This document shows, piece after piece, positions 18,846 through 27,879 of a stretch of DNA of 64,000 nt. The translations under genes and the position numbers were made by a program. Every line of letters starts with the position of its first letter. Within the stretch, counting starts at the first letter, position 1. This DNA is from Planctomycetota bacterium. Its GTDB lineage: Bacteria; Planctomycetota; SZUA-567; H5-PLA8. The DNA lies in contig JBBRPR010000005.1 in NCBI GenBank assembly GCA_038227875.1, forward strand, positions 160,001 through 224,000, in the 5' to 3' direction. The notes under the pieces are model-generated. The model was given only the letters and a program-made list of their open reading frames with translations, had not been told where the DNA came from and did not search any database.

Positions 18846-20363
18846 TCACTTCTGCCCGGCATCGAAGAGCGCCTTCACCTCTTCGGGCGCGAGCGCGCGG
18901 TTGTAGATGCGGACTTCACCGAGGAGGCCGCGGTACCAGCCGTAAGCCGTGCCACCCAGCGATTGACCGGGATGGGTCGTCTTGCTGCCCGTGACGCCGT
19001 CCTTGGCGAAATTTCCATTAATGTAAAGCGTCGGCTTGTTGTTGTCGTAAGTCAACACGACGAGGACCCAATCCGATATGGCCACGTTGTGGACGAGGAC
19101 CGAAGGCAAATAACCGTCTCCATGCTCCATGACGCTGATGCCGTTGGTGCCAATGGACAATCCCACGCCGGCGTTTTCCGGCCCCCAGTACGTGCCGCCC
19201 TGAGTTGGAAAAATGGCATACCGCTGGGATTGTATGCCTGCCGTGCCCATTGCGGATTCGGGGGTTTGGCCGCGTTCGGCGCTGGGCTTGGCCCAACACG
19301 TAATGGTGAAACTCCGGGTCACCGTGCGAAATGGCTCAGTCGGCACGTTCACGGAATTCCCGTTGCCGTCGAACGACAATACGGACAGCGACTTGTCCGC
19401 CTGGCGTGTTGCGCCGGCGAGCGTGCCGCCGACATTGCGCCCGGAGCGGTCGGTGACGTCGTTTCCAACTTCGTCCCAGTTCCAGCTGGCGACCAATCCT
19501 TCTTTAAGGTTGTCCACCGTAACCGGCGGCGGCGGGGGCAGCGCTTTCAAGCGGGCGTCCGCATCGCGGCCGGCTTTGGTTGAGGCATTGGATGCAATGA
19601 ACTTGCTGTACGCGCTGCGCAACTGGCGCGGCGAAAGCTTGTTTTCCTTTTCCTGCGCGATGAGTTCCTGAAGGTGGCTCTGCGCCAGTTCTTCGCGGAT
19701 GTCGCCCGTATCGCCGGACATGAAACCCATCGGTGTATTGGGCGACGCTGGCGGGGGGGCCGGAGCCGCGGATTTGGTATCCGCCGCAGCACCCGCGGGG
19801 GCCGGCACCGGTTCGGGCGCGCTCACGGGCTTGGGCAGTGGTGCCGGAGCCCGCGGCGAAATGGTGTCGAGACTTGCCATTTTTGTCGCGGTGTTTCGTT
19901 CCACACTGACCGCCGCGGATGTCGACGTCGAACGCATCGCGATCGTTGGCGTTTGAGATTGAGAGTGCGCGGCCGCCGATTCCCTGGTCGTGTCTGGCGC
20001 GCTCGACACTGAGGGTGTCGGTTTTTCTTTGCCTGAGAACAGCGACGCGACGAAGACGAGCAACCCCACGGCGCCGAGTCCCGCGACCACTTTGATCGTC
20101 ATGCCGGGCGGGGCAGCGGCTTCGCCGGGACGCTGGGGGGCTTTCTGCGATTTCATGCGTGTCGCCGACGTGGTCCGCGTCGGGGGCATCAGCGGATTGG
20201 AGCCCACTTTGGCCTCGGGGCTCAGCACCGGTACGTTGAGATTGGAACCTTTCGCGCGATGCTTTGGGCAGAGCTTCAGCCGCTCGTCGCCGGGATCCAG
20301 CCCGCGCGGCAGGTCTCCGTCGGCAATACGCACACCACAGGTTTCACAGTAATAGAGATTCAC
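18846..20363 (-). CDS. Zinc-ribbon / TM / Pro-rich linker / LamG-like jellyroll protein
   Basis: YYCETCGVRI..LCPKH, TM VVAGLGAVGLLVFVASLF, GLVASWNWDE..SFTITCWAKP..LYING..YRGLLGEVRIYNRAL. GTG 20363 is the preferred start. Confidence 0.75.
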   Translation of the reverse strand: MNLYYCETCGVRIADGDLPRGLDPGDERLKLCPKHRAKGSNLNVPVLSPEAKVGSNPLMPPTRTTSATRMKSQKAPQRPGEAAAPPGMTIKVVAGLGAVGLLVFVASLFSGKEKPTPSVSSAPDTTRESAAAHSQSQTPTIAMRSTSTSAAVSVERNTATKMASLDTISPRAPAPLPKPVSAPEPVPAPAGAAADTKSAAPAPPPASPNTPMGFMSGDTGDIREELAQSHLQELIAQEKENKLSPRQLRSAYSKFIASNASTKAGRDADARLKALPPPPPVTVDNLKEGLVASWNWDEVGNDVTDRSGRNVGGTLAGATRQADKSLSVLSFDGNGNSVNVPTEPFRTVTRSFTITCWAKPSAERGQTPESAMGTAGIQSQRYAIFPTQGGTYWGPENAGVGLSIGTNGISVMEHGDGYLPSVLVHNVAISDWVLVVLTYDNNKPTLYINGNFAKDGVTGSKTTHPGQSLGGTAYGWYRGLLGEVRIYNRALAPEEVKALFDAGQK

Positions 20364-20455
20364 GAGCGTGATTATAACCCGATTTCGAACCGGAGTGGCA
20401 ATATTCCAACGCCACAACTCAGCAGTTTGCGCAATTCGGCGCAGTGCACATGAGC

Positions 20456-21877
20456 CTACCGCACGGTCGCCAGCAACGCCGTGATGCGGTCGACGGTGGT
20501 CTTCACCCCACCCTGCTGCTTCAGGAATTCATTGCGGCCCCGTTCGGCCATCGCGTTGGCGGACGCACGGTTCTTCACCAGATTTTCCAGTGCCGCGTAA
20601 AGCGTCTCGCGGGTTACCTGCACCGAACCGTTGCAGGCGCGCAGCAGGTCCATCGCTTCGTTGAAGTTGTGCATGTGCGGACCGTGGACGATGGGCAAGC
20701 CCATGCCGCAGGGTTCCATCACGTTCTGGCCGCCGTGCGGTATCAGCGAGCCGCCGACAAAAGCGATGTCGGAGATCGCGTACATGTTGCCCAGCTCGCC
20801 GACCGTATCGATCAGCAGCACCCACGCGTTGCGCTGCGTCTTGTCGAGCTCCGCCAGGCACGCTTCGATGCCGCGTTCACGAATTTGCGAAAAACAGATC
20901 GCGCGCAGACCGGCCGTCTGGATTTCGCCGAGCACTTCCTTCGTCCGCTCCGGATGGCGCGGGACGAGGATCAGTCGCAGATTCGCTTCGCGGCTTTCGC
21001 GCAGGCGCATGTAGGCGCGGATCAATTCGCCTTCTTCCGTACGGTGCGTGCTGCCGCCGATCAGGACCACGGCATCGAGCGGAATGCCGTAGGTGCCGCG
21101 CCGATTTTCGCGCTCATCGCGCTGCGGCATGCGGGTCTTGATCGCGTCGTACTTGATGTTGCCGCAGACTTCGATGCGCTTGGAATCGACGCCCAGTTCT
21201 TTGAGACGTTTGGCGTATTCGTCGCTCTGCGCCAGCCAGCGCCGCACGCGTAAAAACGCGCCGCCCGCCAGGAACCAGAAGCGCCGGTAGCGCCGGGCGG
21301 AGCGTTCCGTGACGCGCGCGTTGGCGACGATGATCGGAATGCCGCGCGCCACGGCCTCGGCGGTCATGTTCGGCCACACTTCCAGTTCCATCAACACGAT
21401 CACGTCGGGATGGATGCGGTCGAGGAAGCGCTTTACCGAGAATGAAAAATCGTGCGGATAGTAGACCACGTTCTCGCCGCCGAACCGTTTGCGCGCGACT
21501 TCCTGGCCGGTGACGGTCGTGGTGCTGACGACGACGTCCAGGTTCGGCTGCGCTTCGCGGAGCTGTTTCACCAGCGGCTCGGCGGCCTGCGCTTCACCGA
21601 CGGAGACGGCGTGAATCCAGACGCGCTGCCGGTTCTGGCTGCGGGTGATGACGTTGCCGAGCTTGGCCGACAATCCTGCGGAGAGTTTGCGCTTGATCAG
21701 CTTGCGGTAGAGAAAGTAAGGAATCAGCGCGAGTGCGGCGGAGAAATACAGCAGGTCCAGCAGGCGCGAAGCCCCGCCCGTGCGCGGAATGCCGCCGGGG
21801 TCGCCCGTGCCACCCCCCGCCGGCTCGGAAATCTCCCCGGTAAGTCGAGCGCTCTGTTTGGACGATGAACTTGGCAC
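20456..21877 (-). CDS. waaA: 3-deoxy-D-manno-octulosonic acid (Kdo) transferase
   Basis: WIHAVSVGE, STTTVTG, ELEVWPN, GNIKYD, GSTH..EE, LVPRHPER, DTVGEL..YAISDIAFVGGSL..GGQNVMEP. The start is uncertain. Confidence 0.92.
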   Translation of the reverse strand: MPSSSSKQSARLTGEISEPAGGGTGDPGGIPRTGGASRLLDLLYFSAALALIPYFLYRKLIKRKLSAGLSAKLGNVITRSQNRQRVWIHAVSVGEAQAAEPLVKQLREAQPNLDVVVSTTTVTGQEVARKRFGGENVVYYPHDFSFSVKRFLDRIHPDVIVLMELEVWPNMTAEAVARGIPIIVANARVTERSARRYRRFWFLAGGAFLRVRRWLAQSDEYAKRLKELGVDSKRIEVCGNIKYDAIKTRMPQRDERENRRGTYGIPLDAVVLIGGSTHRTEEGELIRAYMRLRESREANLRLILVPRHPERTKEVLGEIQTAGLRAICFSQIRERGIEACLAELDKTQRNAWVLLIDTVGELGNMYAISDIAFVGGSLIPHGGQNVMEPCGMGLPIVHGPHMHNFNEAMDLLRACNGSVQVTRETLYAALENLVKNRASANAMAERGRNEFLKQQGGVKTTVDRITALLATVR

Positions 21878-21945
21878 CGTGCTTGTATTAAAAGGTTGTG
21901 GAGCTTGGCGCAAGTAATTCGTGTAGCAGGCTACCGCCTGTTTGC

Positions 21946-24252
21946 CTAGTCCCACCACAAATACAGCGAGTGGCTCTTCTTCAATTCATCGGCCAGCGCC
22001 TTCACGTCGCCGCAGCCCTGGTCCACCACGTCCGGGCAGAATTCATAGAGTTTCTTCGCTAGTGCAGCGGGTTTCTTGAGTGCTGTCAGAAATCGCCCGG
22101 TGATGAAATCGTTACCCGCACCCAGGAGGATAAATGGCTGTTCGGTTTCGAGTTCCTTCAGGAATTCAATGATGCCTCCGGGGCCCACGTCGTAATTCTG
22201 TCCGTTGGTCTGCAGCGCGGCGATCACGGCGTAGCGATCGGCGGTTGGCGCCAGCATCAGCGCTGTGGCGTCAGTGGCATCGCGCTGAAAGAGATAACAG
22301 CCGTCGCCGATGAATTCGCGGTGAAGCTTTTCCAGTTCGACGGTGCGTGTTGAGCGCACATCGCATCGATAAAGTCCGGGCGCCGCTGCAACTGGGACGC
22401 AAGGATTCCCGCATCGTTCCGCCAGTTTCGCGACGGCCGCGTGAAATTTTGCAGAGCTGCCAGCAGCGGAAAAATCAAGCTTCGGAGTTTCCGGCCCCCA
22501 CTTCTTGTCGTTCTTTGCCAACCGTTTCGCGCGCTCCTCCCCCTCTTTCCGGCGGGCCACCGCCAGACGCGGCGTCTCCTTCACCTCAAGCTTTGCCCCA
22601 TACTTGATCAATATCTCGCGAGCCTGTTTCCATTTCTCTGCTTTCAGCAATGGAGTTTCACCACTGTCATTCGGAATGTTTGGGTCTGCTTTGTGTTGCA
22701 ACAGGAACTCCAGCACGGGAAGTCTCGGTGTTCTTATGGCGGTAAAGAGCGCCGTCTCTCCTGATTTTGCGTGCTGCGCGTTGATGTCAGCCCCATACCG
22801 CAATAACAACTCGGCCAGCGCGATATGTCCTTCTCCTGCACAAATCATCAGCGGAGTACCATCGCGCGGATCCTGCGCGTTGATTTCGGCGCCCGCGTCG
22901 ATCAGCAATTGAGCAAGCACCTGCACTTCCGCATCCGGCAACAATCTGGATTCATGCGTCGTTCCCGTTTGGGAATAAAACGCACGGCCTTTTGCATTCG
23001 GTGCCGGTGGACTGGAGTCATCCACTTGATATTCCCGGGTCGCTTTCGCAACCGTAGCGATAAGCAACCCCAAGGTCTTTCGATCGGTCTTTGTCAATTT
23101 CGGGCGATCAGCCAAAAACTTCCTAAGTAGCGGATTAGTTAGCTCGGAATTTCCCGTTTTTAACGCCGCCTGAAGTGGAAATGATTTGTGCTTATTTTTA
23201 GCATCAGGCTTCGCACCCGCAGCCAACAGCATGGTTACAACTGGAATATGAATCGCATTTGTGGCGAGCAGTAGCGCTGTCGTTCCGTCGAGATCGGATT
23301 TCTCAGTGTCCGCGTGTGCTTCCAACAAATCTTTGACACATTCAAAATGCCCCTTGCGCGCCGCCAACATCAGCGCCGTCAATCCGAGATGATCGGCGGC
23401 GTTGACCTGAGCACCGGCGTACAGCAATAATCGCAGCGCTTCCGGTTGATTGTACTCAGCGGCATTCATCAATGCCGTGCGCGCCAGGCGACAATTGACA
23501 AACCGTTCGCCGCCCAACGAGTAGCTCGAACGGGCGCGAGCCTGATCATTATTGGCCGGGTCCGTGGTCGCATTCACGTTTGCACCCGCGGCGACAAGCA
23601 GTTTGATTGCCTCTGCATGCCCGTGGCGCGCGGCAAACATTAGCGCGGTCATGCCGCTCGGTACGCATTCGCAGTGGTCCGGATTGGAACATTTTTCCAG
23701 CACGGATTTCAAGGCGGCACAGTCGCCGGACTTTGCGGCCGCAATCAATTGCTCTGTCGCGGAAAAGGTCGTCTCTCTTTCCGCTTCGGTCAGAAGCGCC
23801 ACGGCATCCGTGTGCCCACCCTCCTGCGCCCATTCTCGCGCGGTCCGATTGCTCCCGCCGTCGCGCAGGCGGACGTCGGCCCCGGCACCCAAGAGTTCAC
23901 GCACAATCTCCGTATGACCATTCTTCGCGGCTTCCATCAGCGGCGTAATCTTGCTGCGATTGTCAGTGATAAAATTGGCCGTGGCGTTCACGTTCGCGCC
24001 CGCGGCAAGCAGCGCATTCACGAGATTCAACACGCCTTTTTTGCAACAAGCCGTGACCAGCGGGGGGAAACCGGGCGGCTTATTGACGTCAGCGCCGGCC
24101 TTGATCAACAGCAACGCAATTGCTTCATGGCCCATGCCCACGGCGGTATTCAGCGGCAACAGAGGTGAATTGGGATTGACGTCTTCGCCTGCTTCAAGCG
24201 CACGCTTAACCGCGTCCACATCGCCGGCGTATTCCGCACCCGATAAATTCAT
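21946..24252 (-). CDS. Ankyrin-repeat protein with C-terminal DUF4253-like domain
   Basis: Many TPL/TAL..AA..GH..LL.AGADVN repeats; C-terminus EFCPDVVDQG..LADEL..LYLWWD. Confidence 0.8.
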   Translation of the reverse strand: MNLSGAEYAGDVDAVKRALEAGEDVNPNSPLLPLNTAVGMGHEAIALLLIKAGADVNKPPGFPPLVTACCKKGVLNLVNALLAAGANVNATANFITDNRSKITPLMEAAKNGHTEIVRELLGAGADVRLRDGGSNRTAREWAQEGGHTDAVALLTEAERETTFSATEQLIAAAKSGDCAALKSVLEKCSNPDHCECVPSGMTALMFAARHGHAEAIKLLVAAGANVNATTDPANNDQARARSSYSLGGERFVNCRLARTALMNAAEYNQPEALRLLLYAGAQVNAADHLGLTALMLAARKGHFECVKDLLEAHADTEKSDLDGTTALLLATNAIHIPVVTMLLAAGAKPDAKNKHKSFPLQAALKTGNSELTNPLLRKFLADRPKLTKTDRKTLGLLIATVAKATREYQVDDSSPPAPNAKGRAFYSQTGTTHESRLLPDAEVQVLAQLLIDAGAEINAQDPRDGTPLMICAGEGHIALAELLLRYGADINAQHAKSGETALFTAIRTPRLPVLEFLLQHKADPNIPNDSGETPLLKAEKWKQAREILIKYGAKLEVKETPRLAVARRKEGEERAKRLAKNDKKWGPETPKLDFSAAGSSAKFHAAVAKLAERCGNPCVPVAAAPGLYRCDVRSTRTVELEKLHREFIGDGCYLFQRDATDATALMLAPTADRYAVIAALQTNGQNYDVGPGGIIEFLKELETEQPFILLGAGNDFITGRFLTALKKPAALAKKLYEFCPDVVDQGCGDVKALADELKKSHSLYLWWD

Positions 24253-24303
24253 GTGTGTTCCCTACTGAATACTGGCTGATATTACAATCAATAGTTTCTC
24301 AGA

Positions 24304-24328
24304 CACCCCGGCAGGATGCCGGCGGTAC
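24304..24328 (-). repeat. Single REP-like palindrome
   Basis: Minus strand GTAC-cgccggca-tcc-tgccgggg: a tetranucleotide followed by an imperfect hairpin. Confidence 0.45.
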
Positions 24329-24334
24329 GACGAC

Positions 24335-27226
24335 TCAGTTCTTCGCGTTTCCCGACTTCCCCGTGCTCTTGTAGAGCACGTTGAACGTTGCCTGGTAGAT
24401 CGCGTCGGTTGTTTCCACGGTCACCGCGACCTGCCGGGAGCCGGTGCTCGCGGGGTCGCTGGCGGGGATCGCGGGTTTGCCGGTGGCGGGGTCGGCGGGC
24501 TGGTCGAAAATCGCGGCGAGGTTCAGCTTGTTGAAGGTCAGCTGAATCTGGCCGCGCGTAAAATTGTGCTTCACGTTCAGCGACGTGGATTTGTAGCTCG
24601 CTTTGCGGTCCAGAATGATCGCGGGCGCGGGCTGGATGTTAGGCAGGATCACGTTGTTGATCGTGATCCGGACCGTCACGCCTTCGAATTTGCCATCGCG
24701 CAGGGCTTCGCGGGATTGCTGCGGAGTCATCACCAGATTGCGCGCGGTGAGCACCACCGACATGCGATCCTTCGATGCCTGCGGAAACTTCAAGCTCGCC
24801 TGCAGTTTCGTGGCGAAGGTCGACGGGTGCGGTTTGTCGACGATGATCGTCACCGACGCGGTCGCCTGCTTGTTGTTGGTGTCCGTAATCGTGAGCGTCG
24901 CGATGAATGTGCCGATGGTCGTGTACGTGTGGCTCAAGCTGGGCACGTTGCTGGTGTCGGTGTTGCCGTCGCCAAAATTCCAGATGTAACTGGTGATCGC
25001 GCCCGCGCTGCCCTGCGACGTGAAGGCGACGGTCAGCGGCGCAGTGCCTTCCGTCGGCGAGGCCTGGATGAGTGCCACCAGCGGCACGGGCTGGCGCGGC
25101 ACGTTGACGCAGACGGCGAAGGGCTGCGAGCCGGACGGGATGCTCGTGGCTTTGATCACCACCGTCCAGACGCCGTCCATCGGTGAGTCGATAATGGTCT
25201 GCTCGATCGGGTCGACGGTGTTGGGTCCCGTGTTGGTCGCCAGCGCCAGCGGCGCGGCGGGGTTGATTGAGTACGGAAAATGAGTAACGCCGTTGGGATC
25301 GATCAGCGTCAGGTCCAGATCGTTGACCAGCGCTTTGGAAGCGGCGGGCGTTCCGGAAACGTCCATCCAGCAGAGCGTCGCTTTCAGTTGCGGCGTGCCG
25401 GAAAGGCTGAGCGTGAAGCTGGTGCTCTGACCGTTGGTCAGCGTACCTTCGAAGAACGGACTGTTGGCCGCCGACGTCTGCAGCGCGATGGTGTTCACCG
25501 CGGCTTTGGCGTTGACGATGCCGAAGCCGTACATCACATCCGGGCCTTTGTTGCCCAGATCGGTGGCGGAATTGCAGAGCAGCGCTTTCATCAATGCGCC
25601 GCTGGGTTCGGAGCCGACGACGGCCTTGTAGGCCTGATCGACGAGCGCCGCGACACCGGTGACGACCGGCGTGGAGAACGACGTGCCGCTGGCAACTTGT
25701 GTGCTGTTGGTGCCGCTGTCGAGCGTCACGAATTCACCGAAGGCGACGAGGTCGGGTTTGATGCGGCCGTCTTTCATCGGACCGAACTGGCTGAAGCCGG
25801 TGATGCCGTCGGACTGGGCGATCGGCGGGTTGTCGTCGCCGGCGCGCGCGCTGGAGCTGGTGGCGCCGACGCAGATCGTGTTCTTCGCGCCGACAAAAAA
25901 GTCGATGTGAGTGGTCGTCTGGCCGGGTTCTTCGTTGCCGGCAAACATACCCAGCAGGTTGCTGGACCGGATCGCGTTGTCCCAATCGGCGGAAATGGTC
26001 TGGTAGTCGCCGAACGTCGAAAGTCCGGTCGGCCCGTACGAATGGTTGGAGATGCGCGCGCCCTTCGAGCCGGCATCGACCACGTCGGCGCTGGAGAATG
26101 TCGCCGTGCCGGACGTAGGCACCGCGTACCCGAGCATCGTGACCGCGGGCGCAACGCCCTTGGCCGAGGGCTGCGTACTGCCGCTCGAACCAATCTGACC
26201 GGTGACGGCGGTGGCATGACTGACGTCTGCCGCCACCGATGAACCGGCGGTGATAAACGAAAGGCGGGAAATGAAGTCGAGATGCGAGGTCTGCTGCCCC
26301 AGTTCGCGAATCGCCACGCTGACGCCCGAACCGTTGAGACTGGGCGGCTTGTCGCGCACGTCGCTGATGTCCGATTCCAGATCCGTCGTCGCATCGCGCG
26401 AAGCGACCGGCGGCGGCGCGAATTCCACGAACGCGACGGCATCGAGCGCCGCAATGTCCATGGCCGCGTTGCGCGTCGCCACGATTTCAAAGCGCGGCCC
26501 AAGCACACTCGACGTCCACGCGTGAATCTGCGCGTCGGCCAGAGCAGGCGCCTGGCTGGCGGCCTGCTGGAGCGCATCGAGCGTCACGCTGCGATGTGTC
26601 AGCACCATGAAGCGCGTCTGCGTGCCATTCGGTTCTTGGGCGTACGCGGGCGTGTGGCCGGCGTAGATCTCCGGCTGCAGTTTGTCGCGCGGATCGATGC
26701 GGGCGACGGCGCGGACGAAGTCAAAATCCAGCGCGGCCTGGAAATCCGCCGGCGTCCCCCGCGCGTCCCACGCGTAACCGGCGACGTACGACAGCACTTC
26801 GATGCCGTGCGCGCGGAGTGTTTCGCGTTGCTGGGGAGTCGGGTGTTCGTAGAACTGGAGATACGCGGCTCTTGGCTCCTGGCTCTTGGCTTTTGGGAGC
26901 TCCGAGAACACTTGGCTGATCGCGGATCGGTCCGGGAGGAATGCGCGGGAGTTCAGTTCGACGACGTATTTGGAATCCACCTTCTTAATGGAGCTGACAA
27001 AGTCGCGGCGGGAGGCGTCGGAAAAGAATTCCCCATTTTCGCGCACGGAATTCAGCGCGCCGCCCCAAAGCATCGGTTGAGGTGTGATATCTGTCGTTGC
27101 GGAAGTGTTATGCGGCGGGTTGGACGCGACGGTATTCTGGCCTGCAGGGTGTTGCCAAACCCAGAAACCAACAGCGATTAGAAGCAGGACGCCGAGGGAG
27201 ATTCCCGCTTTGACGGTACGCGACAT
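24335..27226 (-). CDS. S8 (subtilase) serine peptidase with prodomain, PKD domain and C-terminal beta domain
   Basis: SHATAVTGQIG (His), FAGNE (oxyanion), IKPDLVA, SGTSFSTP (Ser), VNDLDL, PKD APLTVAF..SYIWNFGDG..SHTY; TCAGGAG RBS. Confidence 0.88.
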   Translation of the reverse strand: MSRTVKAGISLGVLLLIAVGFWVWQHPAGQNTVASNPPHNTSATTDITPQPMLWGGALNSVRENGEFFSDASRRDFVSSIKKVDSKYVVELNSRAFLPDRSAISQVFSELPKAKSQEPRAAYLQFYEHPTPQQRETLRAHGIEVLSYVAGYAWDARGTPADFQAALDFDFVRAVARIDPRDKLQPEIYAGHTPAYAQEPNGTQTRFMVLTHRSVTLDALQQAASQAPALADAQIHAWTSSVLGPRFEIVATRNAAMDIAALDAVAFVEFAPPPVASRDATTDLESDISDVRDKPPSLNGSGVSVAIRELGQQTSHLDFISRLSFITAGSSVAADVSHATAVTGQIGSSGSTQPSAKGVAPAVTMLGYAVPTSGTATFSSADVVDAGSKGARISNHSYGPTGLSTFGDYQTISADWDNAIRSSNLLGMFAGNEEPGQTTTHIDFFVGAKNTICVGATSSSARAGDDNPPIAQSDGITGFSQFGPMKDGRIKPDLVAFGEFVTLDSGTNSTQVASGTSFSTPVVTGVAALVDQAYKAVVGSEPSGALMKALLCNSATDLGNKGPDVMYGFGIVNAKAAVNTIALQTSAANSPFFEGTLTNGQSTSFTLSLSGTPQLKATLCWMDVSGTPAASKALVNDLDLTLIDPNGVTHFPYSINPAAPLALATNTGPNTVDPIEQTIIDSPMDGVWTVVIKATSIPSGSQPFAVCVNVPRQPVPLVALIQASPTEGTAPLTVAFTSQGSAGAITSYIWNFGDGNTDTSNVPSLSHTYTTIGTFIATLTITDTNNKQATASVTIIVDKPHPSTFATKLQASLKFPQASKDRMSVVLTARNLVMTPQQSREALRDGKFEGVTVRITINNVILPNIQPAPAIILDRKASYKSTSLNVKHNFTRGQIQLTFNKLNLAAIFDQPADPATGKPAIPASDPASTGSRQVAVTVETTDAIYQATFNVLYKSTGKSGNAKN

Positions 27227-27384
27227 GACTACTCCTGAAACTGTTATTTCGCTGGGGGCATGAAGTTATGGAGCGCTCAAACGATAGGGATAGGGGCGCA
27301 GAAGTCAAGCGACCCGGGTTGAAGCGTTTCCGTAACCTTTGTGTTTGATAACCGTTAAAGGCTTACGAGGGTATCGGGTGAAAT

Positions 27385-27417
27385 AAAAAAAGCCGGGAAC
27401 CTTGCGGTTCCCGGCTT
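27385..27417 (-). terminator. Rho-independent terminator
   Basis: Minus strand AAGCCGGGAACC-GCAA-GGTTCCCGGCTT followed by a U-tract. Confidence 0.85.
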
Positions 27418-27526
27418 CTCTAAACGGCGTTGTCCGAACCTGTGGGGGGGAGAAAGTCCGTACGTCCGCCGTCTTCGAGACTTTTATCTGCGCTCTTTTT
27501 CGGGCCACTTGTCTTTCGTATTGATG
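27385..27526 (-). ncRNA. Candidate small RNA or attenuated leader (unrecognised family)
   Basis: Bounded by a sigma70-like promoter and an intrinsic terminator; no ATG-initiated ORF inside; central stem with a C-rich loop. Confidence 0.5.
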
Positions 27527-27532
27527 GTTAAA

Positions 27533-27561
27533 CTTATACCACGCCTTTATTTGCGCGTCAA
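27533..27561 (-). promoter_or_regulatory. Sigma70-type promoter with extended -10
   Basis: TTGACG-N17-TATAAG with TG at the extended -10 position and AT-rich upstream sequence. Confidence 0.7.
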
Positions 27562-27705
27562 TCCGAAAACACGAATATTTCGCTAAATTATAACTAAATA
27601 ACAGTTCAGTAGTTATATTCGTTTGGAGCACGATTTCGAGAAATAATTTCTGATCTTCTTGAGAACTTTCTCTCCAAAAATCAATTGTTACATGCGCAGC
27701 GGCGA

Positions 27706-27739
27706 GCAGACCTTTGTGCCCAAAGGCACAAAGGTCTGC
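27706..27739. repeat. Perfect 15-bp stem hairpin upstream of glnD
   Basis: gcagacctttgtgcc-caaa-ggcacaaaggtctgc. Confidence 0.7.
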
Positions 27740-27879
27740 CTGAGGCTCAGGACTGCTCTCCGCACGGCTCCACGATTGTTTTCAGCGCTTCCGATTATTT
27801 GCCATTTCGTCACTCGACTTTCACTCTGAATCCTTCGACATTCGCTGCTCGAGTTACCAGCCAGGAGCGCCGTGCGACT

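Noticed and set aside
27305..27631. 108-aa minus-strand ORF across the candidate sRNA
   Set aside because: It starts upstream of the promoter, reads through the terminator, and has no clear RBS or protein-like features.
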